Assembly (NCBI GenBank): GCA_965112635.1
Contig: OZ218778.1
Span: 1,920,001-1,984,000 of the forward strand
Reading direction: 5' to 3'
Origin: an uncultured bacterium
Lineage (GTDB): Bacteria; Oederibacteriota; Oederibacteriia; Oederibacteriales; Oederibacteriaceae
DNA length: 64,000 nt
Position 1 is the first letter of the stretch; each line of letters begins with the position of its first letter. This document shows, piece by piece, positions 1 to 9,394 of the stretch. The notes under the pieces were generated by a model. The model was given only the letters and a program-made list of their open reading frames with translations, was not told the DNA's origin and searched no databases. Position numbers and translations under genes: made by a program.

Positions 1-1
1 G

Positions 2-256
2 CTGGCCAATCTGGTCGATATGGCCATAGCGTTCAACTATCCCAAGATAGGCCACATCGAGAACCTTTGCGTGCTTGGGGGCGAGACAGCCAAGGAAGCC
101 CAGGAAGCCCTGATCGAAGCCCTGGCCGCCTGGTTCAAATCAAAAGGGGCGGGGGCTTTGCAGTTGTCGCTCTACGACACCAGCCCTGAGGTCGTCAGCC
201 CTTTCATCGACCTTGGTTTTAAGTTCGTCAAATCGGTCTTTGAGAAACGTATTTGA
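2..256 (+). CDS. GNAT-like acetyltransferase, C-terminal fragment (5' end outside window)
   Basis: Frame is open from the window start. 'GHIENLCV...LIEALAAWFKSKGAGALQLS...FIDLGFK' resembles the GNAT C-terminal half. Confidence 0.5.
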   Translation: MANLVDMAIAFNYPKIGHIENLCVLGGETAKEAQEALIEALAAWFKSKGAGALQLSLYDTSPEVVSPFIDLGFKFVKSVFEKRI

Positions 257-279
257 CCTCCGGGGATGATCCGCAAGCC

Positions 280-945
280 ATGGCTGAATCTTTCAAAGAC
301 AGGTTGTTACTAGGCATCGTTTCCCGGCTAGGCCCCTTCTTCCTCCGTGTCTTGGGTCTTTCTCTCAGGATCAAAGAGGACGGCGTTCCCGGCCTCAGTC
401 CCCGTCAATCAGAGAACCATAAGGCGATCTACGCTGTCTGGCACAGCCGGATGCTGGCCGGTGTCTACTATTACAGGAACCTGGATATCCGGGTCCTGGT
501 CAGCATGAGCCGTGACGGGGAGCTCATCAGCCGGGTCGTGGAGAACTGCGGTTTCAAATCCATCCGGGGTTCGGTGAGCCGGGGCGGGGCGGGCGCTTTG
601 CGAAAAATGCTGGAGGCCCTGGAGGCAGGCAAGCCTGTGGTCGTCACGCCCGACGGGCCCAAGGGACCTGAGCGAAAAGTGCAGGATGGCATTATTTTCC
701 TGGCCCAGCAGAGCGGTCTGCCGGTCTATCCTATTGCCTTCAACAGTTCCAGGGGGATCCGCTTCAAAAGCTGGGACAAATTTTTATTGCCCCTTCCATT
801 CAGCCGGGGAGTGTTCATCTGGGGCAATCCTGTGACCATGGCCAAGGACGCGGACAGCGCGGAACAGGGAAAGAAAAAACAGGAATTAGAGAACGAGCTG
901 AACCGTATCACCGACCGGGCAGACCATTATTTTGAGAAAAAATAG
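280..945 (+). CDS. Lysophospholipid acyltransferase family protein (DUF374)
   Basis: Motifs WHSR, SMSRDGE, IRGSVSRGG, VTPDGPKGP, SWDKFLLPLPFSR. ATG at 280 preferred over TTG at 253. Confidence 0.85.
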   Translation: MAESFKDRLLLGIVSRLGPFFLRVLGLSLRIKEDGVPGLSPRQSENHKAIYAVWHSRMLAGVYYYRNLDIRVLVSMSRDGELISRVVENCGFKSIRGSVSRGGAGALRKMLEALEAGKPVVVTPDGPKGPERKVQDGIIFLAQQSGLPVYPIAFNSSRGIRFKSWDKFLLPLPFSRGVFIWGNPVTMAKDADSAEQGKKKQELENELNRITDRADHYFEKK

Positions 946-968
946 GGACCTTGCAGAGGTTGTCCAGA

Positions 969-2007
969 TCAAAAATCCAAGGTCAGGGTAATGCGGTGGG
1001 AGTCGCCGAGATTGGAATAGGGCACATAAGCGTAATCCAGGATCATCTGAATGGCCTGGAAGTCCAGGATATAACCCAACCCCACAGGTAAAAAGTATAG
1101 GCAGGGACATCTGCGTGGAAAAGCCCGCCCGCAGGCTGACACCCTGTGACCCGAAACGCGGGCTATAGTCCACCCCGAAATGGAACCCCATGTCCTGGCC
1201 GACCGTGTCGTAAGACACATCCGCGGTGGCCAGAATATCCTTTTGTTTGGGGATGTTATCCGGCTGCCCGCCGGTCATTTCTTCCAACTCCTGGATGTTG
1301 AACTTTTTGGCGGCCCCGAGTTTGACTAGCAGGGGCAGGGAGTAGCCGCTGATCGCCGGGCCGATGTTCTGGACCGCGACGCCCAAAGAACTGGACCCGG
1401 CGAATGGCCGGAGGATGGCGCCCACGTCAAAACCATAACCTTTGAAACCGATGTCCTGAAAACTTTCCTGCAGATACTTGACGGTGATGCCGACGTTGAT
1501 GGTGTGGAAAAAATGTTTTCCATAGCTCAGTTCCCCGAAGAACGAACTAAGATTATAGGAGTCCGGACTTGGGGAATAAAGGCTGGGCAGGGGGTAGCTA
1601 GGGTCCGTGGCCGGCGTCTCGCCGGCCATGCTGATGGGCGTGGAGGCCATTTTATTAAGGCATATCCCGATGCTTTCGCCCGGCACAAGGGGCAAGGCGT
1701 AGGCCACGCTGTCAAAGGTGACCCCTTCGAACCATTGGAGGTGGGTAAAGGACACTTCCTGATAGCGCAGGTCGCCCAACCCCGCGGGGTTCCAGTAGGC
1801 GGCCAGGGCGCCTGTCGCCACGGAAGTGTAGGCGTCGCCCAGGGCGGACGGCCGGGCGCCGAGGCTGATGAAGAACTCCTCGCCAGCCACGGTGCCTGCC
1901 GCTTGGGCCTCCACGGCGATGAGCGCAAGGGCCAATGCGGCCGCGATCGTTTTAATAGAATTGATCATCTTGTCCTTTTCCATTTTTTTAGAGCGTTTTA
2001 GCGGCAT
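969..2007 (-). pseudogene. PorV/PorQ-family outer-membrane beta-barrel, split by a 1-nt frameshift near 1080-1083 (real or sequencing error)
   Basis: Signal peptide followed by 'GARPSALGDAYTS...AYWNPAGL'. The canonical C-terminus 'GLGYILDF...DYAYVPYSNLGDSHRITLTLDF*' lies in another frame (ORF 969..1220). Confidence 0.8.
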
Positions 2008-2013
2008 CTTGGG

Positions 2014-3609
2014 TCAGGGTTTGACTAGGAACTTGCCCCGGTGAGTGTCTCCGCCGGAGATCACGTAATAGTAGACCCCGGGCGCCACCAGCTGGCCCTG
2101 GTCATTCCGGCCGTCCCAGGTGGCGTAAACATTGGACACGTGGAGGGATACCACCAGGCGTCCGGACAAGGTCCTGATGTCGATCGTGCTGCCCGGAGTC
2201 ACGTTCACGAATTTAAGCTCCTGGCCCGCGGCTTGGCTCAGGCTGAAAGGATTGGGATAGACCAGCAGGTTGCCCGTGCCGATCCAGACCGTGTTGCTGG
2301 AAAGCCCGAGGTAGTTCATGTTGCTGACCGTATCGAAATAATTGACCTGAAAATGGTTGGGGATCAGTTTGCCCAGTTGACTGGCCGTGTTGAGCTGGAC
2401 CGTGATATTCTCCGTGAAGGAGCCTCCAGGCGCCATATTCCCGATGTTCCACGCGACCAAGGGCGGGCTGTTGGTGGTAGGGGTGGGGTTGAGCTGCAAA
2501 ACCCCAAAGTCGCTGGCTATAGAGTCCCACATCACGATATTGTTGCACATTCCCGTGCCGTTGTTGGTGATGGCTAGGGTATAGCTGAGCCTGTCCCCCG
2601 GGTTAATTTTGACGTTAGAGACCGATTTGTTGAACCGCAGCTGGGGAGTGGGGGTCGGGGTCATGGTCGAAGTCGGGGTCTGGGTGGAGGTGAAGGTTTT
2701 GCTGGAAGTCAAAGTATAGGTCGGAGTGTAGGAGGAGGTGAAAGTGCAGGAGGAAGTAAAGGTCAGGGACGAGGTGAGCGTGCACGAGGGCGTGTAGGTC
2801 TGGCTGGGTGTGTAAGTGTTGGTAAAGGTCAAGGTCTGGGTGGGGGTCAAAGAGGGCGTATAAGTCAGGGACGGAGTGAATGTGTTGGTCGATGTATACG
2901 TGTTGGTATTGGTGGGGACAGGCGTCACCGTGGGGATCTGGGTCCCTATGGAAGTAGGTCCAAAGGCCAGGTCGTCGATGTAGCCGTAACAAAAATGTCC
3001 GCTGGGGTCGCAGTCGTGGGCTTCATACGAGACCGTCACGTTTTGACCGACAAAAGCACTAAGGTTATATCCGTAATTGGTCCAGGGCAGGTATTTCCAT
3101 TCATCTTCTTGGTCGCCGATATCCCAATAGCCTGGGTTTGGGGATGCTGGAAGTAACATGGCGGCGTTATCGTACCAACTAAATCTCTGGTCAAAAATGA
3201 CAGCGGCTCCGACCGTGATCCTGAAGCGGACATAGGCATCTGTGTCATAGGCGTTTCCAGCGAGAAAGTGGTGGCCGTTGAGGGAAGCCGCGATCCAAAC
3301 TGAAAGGAAGGCATTGCCAGGGGCGATGACATCTGATTGATATATTTGCGCATAGTCCGCGTGTGCATTGTCCCCAAATCCAGAATAAAGTTGACAGCAG
3401 TAGTTACCACCATGAGGAAGGACCAAGTTGTTGCCAGTGTTGTATCCGAAACCTGATCCAACCACGGTACAGGCAGGAGTATCCAGACCAAAAGCTGTGG
3501 TCCAACCCGTCAAATCGCCTGTTTCAAAACCACCGTTGACTTGGGCAAAGGCAAAAGCGGGGTAAAACCACCAAGCCAGAAGGCACAAAACTAAACAGAT
3601 TTTTTTCAT
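2014..3609 (-). CDS. Secreted protein: beta-sandwich head, Thr-rich stalk, DUF11 domain, FlgD/T9SS-like CTD
   Basis: MKKICL signal peptide; 'NGGFETGDLTGWT' jelly-roll-like start; TxT stalk; 'FNKSVSNVKINPGDRLSYTLAITNNG' (DUF11); 'VYPNPF...WDGRNDQGQLVAPGVYYY' CTD. Confidence 0.8.
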   Translation of the reverse strand: MKKICLVLCLLAWWFYPAFAFAQVNGGFETGDLTGWTTAFGLDTPACTVVGSGFGYNTGNNLVLPHGGNYCCQLYSGFGDNAHADYAQIYQSDVIAPGNAFLSVWIAASLNGHHFLAGNAYDTDAYVRFRITVGAAVIFDQRFSWYDNAAMLLPASPNPGYWDIGDQEDEWKYLPWTNYGYNLSAFVGQNVTVSYEAHDCDPSGHFCYGYIDDLAFGPTSIGTQIPTVTPVPTNTNTYTSTNTFTPSLTYTPSLTPTQTLTFTNTYTPSQTYTPSCTLTSSLTFTSSCTFTSSYTPTYTLTSSKTFTSTQTPTSTMTPTPTPQLRFNKSVSNVKINPGDRLSYTLAITNNGTGMCNNIVMWDSIASDFGVLQLNPTPTTNSPPLVAWNIGNMAPGGSFTENITVQLNTASQLGKLIPNHFQVNYFDTVSNMNYLGLSSNTVWIGTGNLLVYPNPFSLSQAAGQELKFVNVTPGSTIDIRTLSGRLVVSLHVSNVYATWDGRNDQGQLVAPGVYYYVISGGDTHRGKFLVKP

Positions 3610-3655
3610 TTTTATCCATCCTGACTTAAAACTAAGGAAACTGTATTCCAATTTA

Positions 3656-3711
3656 ATTATATACTTTTTCGAAAAAAGTATTGAAAATATTGCTCTAGGC
3701 AATGGTAAACT
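3656..3711. promoter_or_regulatory. Divergent promoter region with palindrome ATACTTTTT-CGA-AAAAAGTAT
   Basis: 9-bp inverted repeat at 3661-3681; TATAAT on the minus strand at 3656-3661; extended -10-like TGGTAAACT on the plus strand at 3703-3711. Confidence 0.35.
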
Positions 3712-3764
3712 GAATCAGTCTTTGAGGGAAAGCTCTAAAAAGTTTAGGGGAAAGGGTTTTTTAA

Positions 3765-5075
3765 ATGGTTTTTTTGTATAACCTTGTCCTTTATTTGGCA
3801 GCGATTGTTGCTTTGCCTTTTGTCCTGGTGGGTTTGATTTTTATTCCCCGCTGGCGGGCCGGACTCTGGAAAAGGCTGGGATGGCTGACTTTTGAGCTCA
3901 AAGAAACGGAAAAACCCTGCTTATGGCTGCATGCCGCCTCGCTGGGCGAGGTCAGGGCTGTCAGCCTCCTTGTCGCCGAACTTAAAAAAATGATCCCCCA
4001 GGCCACTTTGGTCATGTCCGCTACCACGGCCAGCGGTTATAAGGAAGCGCTGAAGCTGCAGGGCGTCCCTGCCGGAGTCACCTATCTGCCTTTGGAATTA
4101 AATTTTGTCGTACGCCGGGTGGTCAAAAAACTAAAACCCGCTGTCCTGGTGCTGGTGGAGACCGAACTGTGGCCCAACCTTATCCTGCAGGCCAAGGCGC
4201 GGGGCGCCAAGATTATGGTCGTCAACGGCAGGTTTTCCCAGGAAGCAGCCAAAAGATATATGAAGTTCAAAAAGTTTTTCAAGCTGTTCTGCGGGCCGGT
4301 GGACCTTTGGGCCATGCGCTCGGAAGAGGACAGGCAGTACGCCCTGAACCTGGGAGTGGACCCGGACAGGGTCCAGGTCACGGGCAACATCAAGTTCCAG
4401 CCGGGTGTCAGCGGCCAATGCGCGGGGGCCCCGTTCTACCGCTCCCTTTTTCATGACGCGCCGGTTTTGGCCTGCGGCAGCACACGGCCCGGCGAGGAAG
4501 AGATCATTCTGGAGGCTTTTAGGGAGCTCAAAACCAAATTCCCGGAGTTAAAGCTGGTTTTGGCTCCCCGTCATTTGGAGCGGGTCAGCGAAGTGGCCGC
4601 CTTGTTGGGGAAAAAAGGTTTTGATTTTGAACGCCGCAGTGAGATCAAAGAGCCCCTCTCGAAAGGCGAGACGCTGCACTATTTAAAAGGCGATGTCTTG
4701 CTTCTGGACACCTATGGGGAGCTTTTGGCCGTATACCAGGTGTGCCAGGCGGCTTTTGTGGGGGGCACCCTGTTGCCCTTTGGCGGGCACAATGTCCTGG
4801 AGCCGGCGGCCTGCGGCAAGCCGGTCCTGTTCGGACCCTATACAGACCATTTCCATGATGAAGCCAAGCTGCTGCTGGACCGGGGCGTTGGTTTTTTGGT
4901 CAAGGACGCGGACAGCCTGGCCCTGCAAGCCGGGACTTTGCTGAACGACGCGGGTTTAAAACAGGCGGCGGAAGAAAAAGCCAAGGAAATATTCCAGGAA
5001 AAGCAGGGGATAGTCCAGAAAAACGCCAGGCTTATCGCCCAGTTATGGAAAGAGGCGGTGTTTGAAAAAAAGTGA
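3765..5075 (+). CDS. waaA: 3-deoxy-D-manno-octulosonic acid (Kdo) transferase
   Basis: Motifs WLHAASLGEV, ETELWPN, VNGRFS, TGNIKF, GSTRPGEE, LAPRHLER, GGHNVLEPA. Confidence 0.95.
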   Translation: MVFLYNLVLYLAAIVALPFVLVGLIFIPRWRAGLWKRLGWLTFELKETEKPCLWLHAASLGEVRAVSLLVAELKKMIPQATLVMSATTASGYKEALKLQGVPAGVTYLPLELNFVVRRVVKKLKPAVLVLVETELWPNLILQAKARGAKIMVVNGRFSQEAAKRYMKFKKFFKLFCGPVDLWAMRSEEDRQYALNLGVDPDRVQVTGNIKFQPGVSGQCAGAPFYRSLFHDAPVLACGSTRPGEEEIILEAFRELKTKFPELKLVLAPRHLERVSEVAALLGKKGFDFERRSEIKEPLSKGETLHYLKGDVLLLDTYGELLAVYQVCQAAFVGGTLLPFGGHNVLEPAACGKPVLFGPYTDHFHDEAKLLLDRGVGFLVKDADSLALQAGTLLNDAGLKQAAEEKAKEIFQEKQGIVQKNARLIAQLWKEAVFEKK

Positions 5076-7083
5076 CGGGTCAGCCGCGGCCTTAATACTC
5101 GGGGCGATTTGCTTATGCGTCTATTTCCTCACCCTAGCGCCCACCGTATGCTGGTTCGACTCCGGCGAACTCATCACCAGCGCCGTGACCTTGACCGTGT
5201 CCCACCCGCCGGGAGCTTCTTTATTTAACCTGCTGGCCAAGTTGTTCTCATATTTGCCTTTTGGCACCGTGGCTTTCCGCATCAACCTGTTTTGCGCGGT
5301 CCTGGGAGCGTTGACCATCGCGGTCCTATACCTTTTTTTTAGCGAGGTGGGGCCGATCCCGGCTGCTCTGGCCGGCTGTTTGACTTTTGCTTTTTCCAGG
5401 CAGTTCTGGAACCAGGCCACCTTCACGGACATCTATACCCTCCACCTGCTGCTGGTCTCTTTGTTGTTCCTTTCGCTGGCCAGGTGGGAATCAGGCCGGG
5501 GGCCCCGATGGTTTTATACGGCCAGTTTTACTTTGGGCCTGCTCCTGACCTTGCGGACCCCCATCCTTATTTATGTGCCCAGCGTGCTCATCTTGATGTG
5601 GCCTTTCAGAAAAAAACTCAAAGGCGTTTCCTGGGTCAAAGCCGGGCTGAGTTTTTTGACCGGGTTTTGCTTTTACCTTTATGTGCCCCTGCGGATGTAC
5701 GCCGCACCTGACCTCAACAGCGGAAGTCTCCACAATATGAAAGAAGCGCTTCTTTATTTTACGGCGGCGGGTTACAAGAGATGGCTGTTCAACCTGCCCT
5801 TGAAGGCTCTGGCAGAGCAAGCGTGGTTTTTTGGGAACGGCCTGACCAGGCAGTTCACCCTGGTCGGGGTCGGGCTGGGGTTGTGGGGCATGACTGTGCT
5901 TTTCCGGAAGAGGAAAAAATATTGGTTCTGGCTTGCGGCCATCTTTCTCATAGACGCGCTTTTTTATATGCAGGTTTACCCTTCGCAGAACAGAGTAGAG
6001 CATTTTTATTTTGTGTCCTTTTTGGTCTTTTCCCTGTGGATAGGTTTGGGGCTCTGGGACCTGGGTAGCCGCCTGAGACCTTTTGTTCCCATTGCCGGGG
6101 TGGGGTTATGCGTGGCTTTCCCCCTTTGCCTGCTGGTGCTGAATTGGCCCAAGGTGGACAAGCATGATTTTTACCAGGCCAGGGATTATGCCCGGAACGT
6201 GTTCAGCGTCTGCGGACCCGATGCCCTGCTGGTCACGGATTTTGACAATGAATATCACGCCCTGAAATACCTCAAGTATGTCGAAGGCCAAAGACCTGAC
6301 ATTGAACTTATCCATACCGGCCTTTTTGAAATGCAGCGCCATATTCCCTGGGAAACGGAATTATCAAAAGCCGGAGGGAGACCGGTTTATTTCACTTATT
6401 ATGCGGACTGGCTGGTCGGGGAGGGCTATCAATTCGTTCCTTGCGGTCCAGTCTGGCAGTTGGAGGGGAAAAGCAGGATACAGGAAAGCTCAGCCGGTCT
6501 GCCCCGGGGGGGCAGGATCCAGGCGGACAAAAATTCAAAACTGGCAGGCCTTCTGACGCGGGACGTGGATTGGCGGCCCGGACAGACCAGCCAGGTAGAG
6601 TTGTTTTGGCGCCGGCCCACCAAAGACGACCTGCCGTTCGCCTGTGTGTTCGTGCTGACCGACTCCCAGGGCCATTGGCTGGATGAAAAGGGTGAGCCGT
6701 ATTTTATCCATATCCACTCTCCCCTTTACGACCGTTATCCGGTCGGACTGTGGAAGCAGGGAAGGTTTTATAAAGAAAAATTCGGCTGGGTGGCCCGATG
6801 GGACCTGAAGCCCGGAGCCTATGAGCTTTGGGAAGGGGAACAGCCTTCTCAAGAGCTTTTGGACAGATTGGAAACCGCCAGCCCTGATGTGCCGGCCTTT
6901 GATAATTATGATAAAGACAACCCCGAAATGTTAAAATACAATTTCAGCCAAGGAGGCTGGGAACGGGGGCATACCCCGGACCAGATCAAGGCCGGCGTCG
7001 GGGATTGGGTCCAAAGCTCTTTGGCGGCCAACAGCCTGACCAAGGTCAGGACCATCAATGTCAGCAAAGGAGAAAAGGATTGA
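5062..7083 (+). CDS. DUF2723 / TMEM260-like GT-C membrane glycosyltransferase
   Basis: 'TLAPTVCWFDSGELITSA...SHPPGASLF' is the DUF2723 N-terminal motif; many TM helices follow. Confidence 0.85.
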   Translation: MKKSDGSAAALILGAICLCVYFLTLAPTVCWFDSGELITSAVTLTVSHPPGASLFNLLAKLFSYLPFGTVAFRINLFCAVLGALTIAVLYLFFSEVGPIPAALAGCLTFAFSRQFWNQATFTDIYTLHLLLVSLLFLSLARWESGRGPRWFYTASFTLGLLLTLRTPILIYVPSVLILMWPFRKKLKGVSWVKAGLSFLTGFCFYLYVPLRMYAAPDLNSGSLHNMKEALLYFTAAGYKRWLFNLPLKALAEQAWFFGNGLTRQFTLVGVGLGLWGMTVLFRKRKKYWFWLAAIFLIDALFYMQVYPSQNRVEHFYFVSFLVFSLWIGLGLWDLGSRLRPFVPIAGVGLCVAFPLCLLVLNWPKVDKHDFYQARDYARNVFSVCGPDALLVTDFDNEYHALKYLKYVEGQRPDIELIHTGLFEMQRHIPWETELSKAGGRPVYFTYYADWLVGEGYQFVPCGPVWQLEGKSRIQESSAGLPRGGRIQADKNSKLAGLLTRDVDWRPGQTSQVELFWRRPTKDDLPFACVFVLTDSQGHWLDEKGEPYFIHIHSPLYDRYPVGLWKQGRFYKEKFGWVARWDLKPGAYELWEGEQPSQELLDRLETASPDVPAFDNYDKDNPEMLKYNFSQGGWERGHTPDQIKAGVGDWVQSSLAANSLTKVRTINVSKGEKD

Positions 7084-7970
7084 GCAATTCAAAATGCCGG
7101 GTCAGCGTAGTGATCCCTGTTTATAATGAAAAGGACGGGCTCAAGCCGGTCCTGGAAGGATTGCGGAAAACCCTCGCCAAGGTGAGCCACGAGATCATCG
7201 TGGTCGACGACGGCTCGCAGGACCAGACCAGCCTGGCTGTTGCAGGGAACAAGGGAATCACCCTTTTACGCCACCCCTATAACAAAGGATACGGCGCGGC
7301 GCTCAAGACAGGCATCCGGGCCAGCCGGGGAGAATGGATCCTCATCATCGACGGGGATAACACCTACCCGGTGCGGGCCATCCCCAGGATGCTGGAGATG
7401 ACCAAAGAATACGACATGGTCGTGGCAGGGCGGACGCAGGAAAAACCGCCCAGTCTGTTCCTCAGGAATTTCGCCAAATTTTTCCTGGTCAAGCTGGCCC
7501 AGTTCCTGACCGGACGGAAGATACCCGACCTGAATTCGGGGCTCAGGTTGTTCAGGAAACGGGCCAGCCTGCCCTTTTTCAGCATCCTGCCCTCGGGGTT
7601 TTCCTTTACCACCACCATCACCCTGGCTTACCTGACCCACGAATTGACCGTCGGTTATTTGCCGGTGGATTACCGGGAGAGGGTCGGCCGGTCCAAGATC
7701 AGGCCGATCAGGGACACTTTTAACTTTATATTGCTCATCGCCCGGACGGTCATGTATTTCAACCCGCTCAAGATCTTCATGGCGGTCAGCCTGGTCCTGA
7801 TGGTTTTGGGTCTGGCTGAAGCCTGTTTTTACCTCACGGTTAGCCACTCCATCAGCAAATCAACAGTTCTGCTCCTGCTGTCCAGCATCCTGGTGGGCAT
7901 GCTCGGCCTCCTGGCCGACCTGATCATCAAACGGCTGCCTTTGCTGGATGAGGACAAGGCCGGCCGCTGA
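7080..7970 (+). CDS. GT2 glycosyltransferase (polyprenol-phosphate glycosyltransferase-like, C-terminal TM helices)
   Basis: VSVVIPVYNE, VVDDGSQD, NKGYGAALKTG, IDGD, DLNSGLR. TTG start overlaps the upstream stop. Confidence 0.9.
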   Translation: MSNSKCRVSVVIPVYNEKDGLKPVLEGLRKTLAKVSHEIIVVDDGSQDQTSLAVAGNKGITLLRHPYNKGYGAALKTGIRASRGEWILIIDGDNTYPVRAIPRMLEMTKEYDMVVAGRTQEKPPSLFLRNFAKFFLVKLAQFLTGRKIPDLNSGLRLFRKRASLPFFSILPSGFSFTTTITLAYLTHELTVGYLPVDYRERVGRSKIRPIRDTFNFILLIARTVMYFNPLKIFMAVSLVLMVLGLAEACFYLTVSHSISKSTVLLLLSSILVGMLGLLADLIIKRLPLLDEDKAGR

Positions 7971-9391
7971 TGAAAGTCCTTTTCATCAATCCAGCCACAG
8001 CCCAGCGCATTTCCACCAACCTCCCGACCCTGGTGGAACAGGAACGCGGGGTCCTTCCATCCCTTGGCCTGATGTATGTGGCCGCGGCCACGGAAAAATA
8101 CACAGAACACCAAGTCGAGTTTCTGGACATGCAGGTCGAGGATATGACCTATGCCTGGCTGGAAGAGGAATTAAAGAAGCGGAAACCCGACGTGGTGGCG
8201 ACCCAGGCCATCACCTTCACCCTTTTGGACGCCCTGCAGGTATGCCGGACCGTCAAAAAGGTCAATCCGGATATTTTGGTCGTGCTCGGCGGTCCGCATG
8301 TATTTATCTACCCGGAGGAGACCATACGGCAGGACTGCGTGGATTTTTTGGTCCTAGGAGAAGCGGAGCTGTACTTTCCCAAACTGTTGGAGGCTTTGCG
8401 CGACGAGAAAAAACTGCAGCAGGTCCAGGGAATTGTTTTCAAGAAGAAGAACGGGGAGGTGGTGCAGACCCCCCACCACGGCTTTATCCAGAACCTGGAC
8501 GAGATACCTTTCCCGGCCAGGCATTTGACCCCTTATAAAAAATATTACTCCCTGATCGCCAAAAGGGCGCCGGTCACGACCATGATCACCAGCCGGGGCT
8601 GCCCTTACCGCTGCACTTTTTGCATGAGGCCCCATTTGGGCAAACTATTCCGGGCGCATTCGCCCCAATACGTGGTGGAGGAGTTGAAAGCCTGCCTGCA
8701 AATGGGCATCAAAGAATTCATGATCTACGACGACACCTTTACCATCGATAAAAAAAGGGTGGAAGGGATATGCGACCTTATCCTCAAGGAAGGGCTGGAA
8801 AAAGAGATCGGATGGGATGTGCGGGCCAGGGTCAATACCGTGGATGAAGCGCTGCTTAAAAAAATGCGGCAGGCGGGATGCGAGCGGATACATTTCGGGA
8901 TAGAAAGCGGGGACCCGGCTATCCTGAAAGTCCTGCAAAAAGATATTACGGTCGACCAAACCCGCAACGCTTTCCGATGGGCCAAGGAGGCCGGCATCTC
9001 GACCTTGGGATACTTCATGATCGGCAACCCCACCGAGACAGCCGAACAGATCCAGCGCTCTATTGATTTCGCCCTGGAACTGGAGCCTGATTACGTGCAT
9101 TTTTCCGTGACCACCCCTTTCCCGGCCACGCCGCTTTATGAGTACGGGCTGAAAAAAGGGGTGTTTAAAATGGATTTTTGGAAGGAATTCGCTCAAAATC
9201 CGCAGCCGGGTTTTATGCCCCAATTATGGGAAGAGGTGCTGACCCGCGACCAGCTTTTGCATTATCTCCGCAAAGCCTACAAGTCTTTTTATGTCCGGCC
9301 CAAATACATCCTGGCCAGGCTCAAAGATACGGGCTCCCTCCTGCAGTTGTGGCGCCGGTTCAAAGCCGGGCTCAAGCTCATAAGGGCTTAA
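7970..9391 (+). CDS. Cobalamin-binding radical SAM protein
   Basis: N-terminal B12-binding region (PSLGLMYVAA, GGPHV, GEAE) and CxxxCxxC motif SRGCPYRCTFC. Confidence 0.92.
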   Translation: MKVLFINPATAQRISTNLPTLVEQERGVLPSLGLMYVAAATEKYTEHQVEFLDMQVEDMTYAWLEEELKKRKPDVVATQAITFTLLDALQVCRTVKKVNPDILVVLGGPHVFIYPEETIRQDCVDFLVLGEAELYFPKLLEALRDEKKLQQVQGIVFKKKNGEVVQTPHHGFIQNLDEIPFPARHLTPYKKYYSLIAKRAPVTTMITSRGCPYRCTFCMRPHLGKLFRAHSPQYVVEELKACLQMGIKEFMIYDDTFTIDKKRVEGICDLILKEGLEKEIGWDVRARVNTVDEALLKKMRQAGCERIHFGIESGDPAILKVLQKDITVDQTRNAFRWAKEAGISTLGYFMIGNPTETAEQIQRSIDFALELEPDYVHFSVTTPFPATPLYEYGLKKGVFKMDFWKEFAQNPQPGFMPQLWEEVLTRDQLLHYLRKAYKSFYVRPKYILARLKDTGSLLQLWRRFKAGLKLIRA

Positions 9392-9394
9392 AAG

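Noticed and set aside
886-968. Apparent 60-bp overlap of the PorV-like ORF with the acyltransferase gene
   Set aside because: This is an artefact of the frameshift; the true barrel stop is at 969-971.
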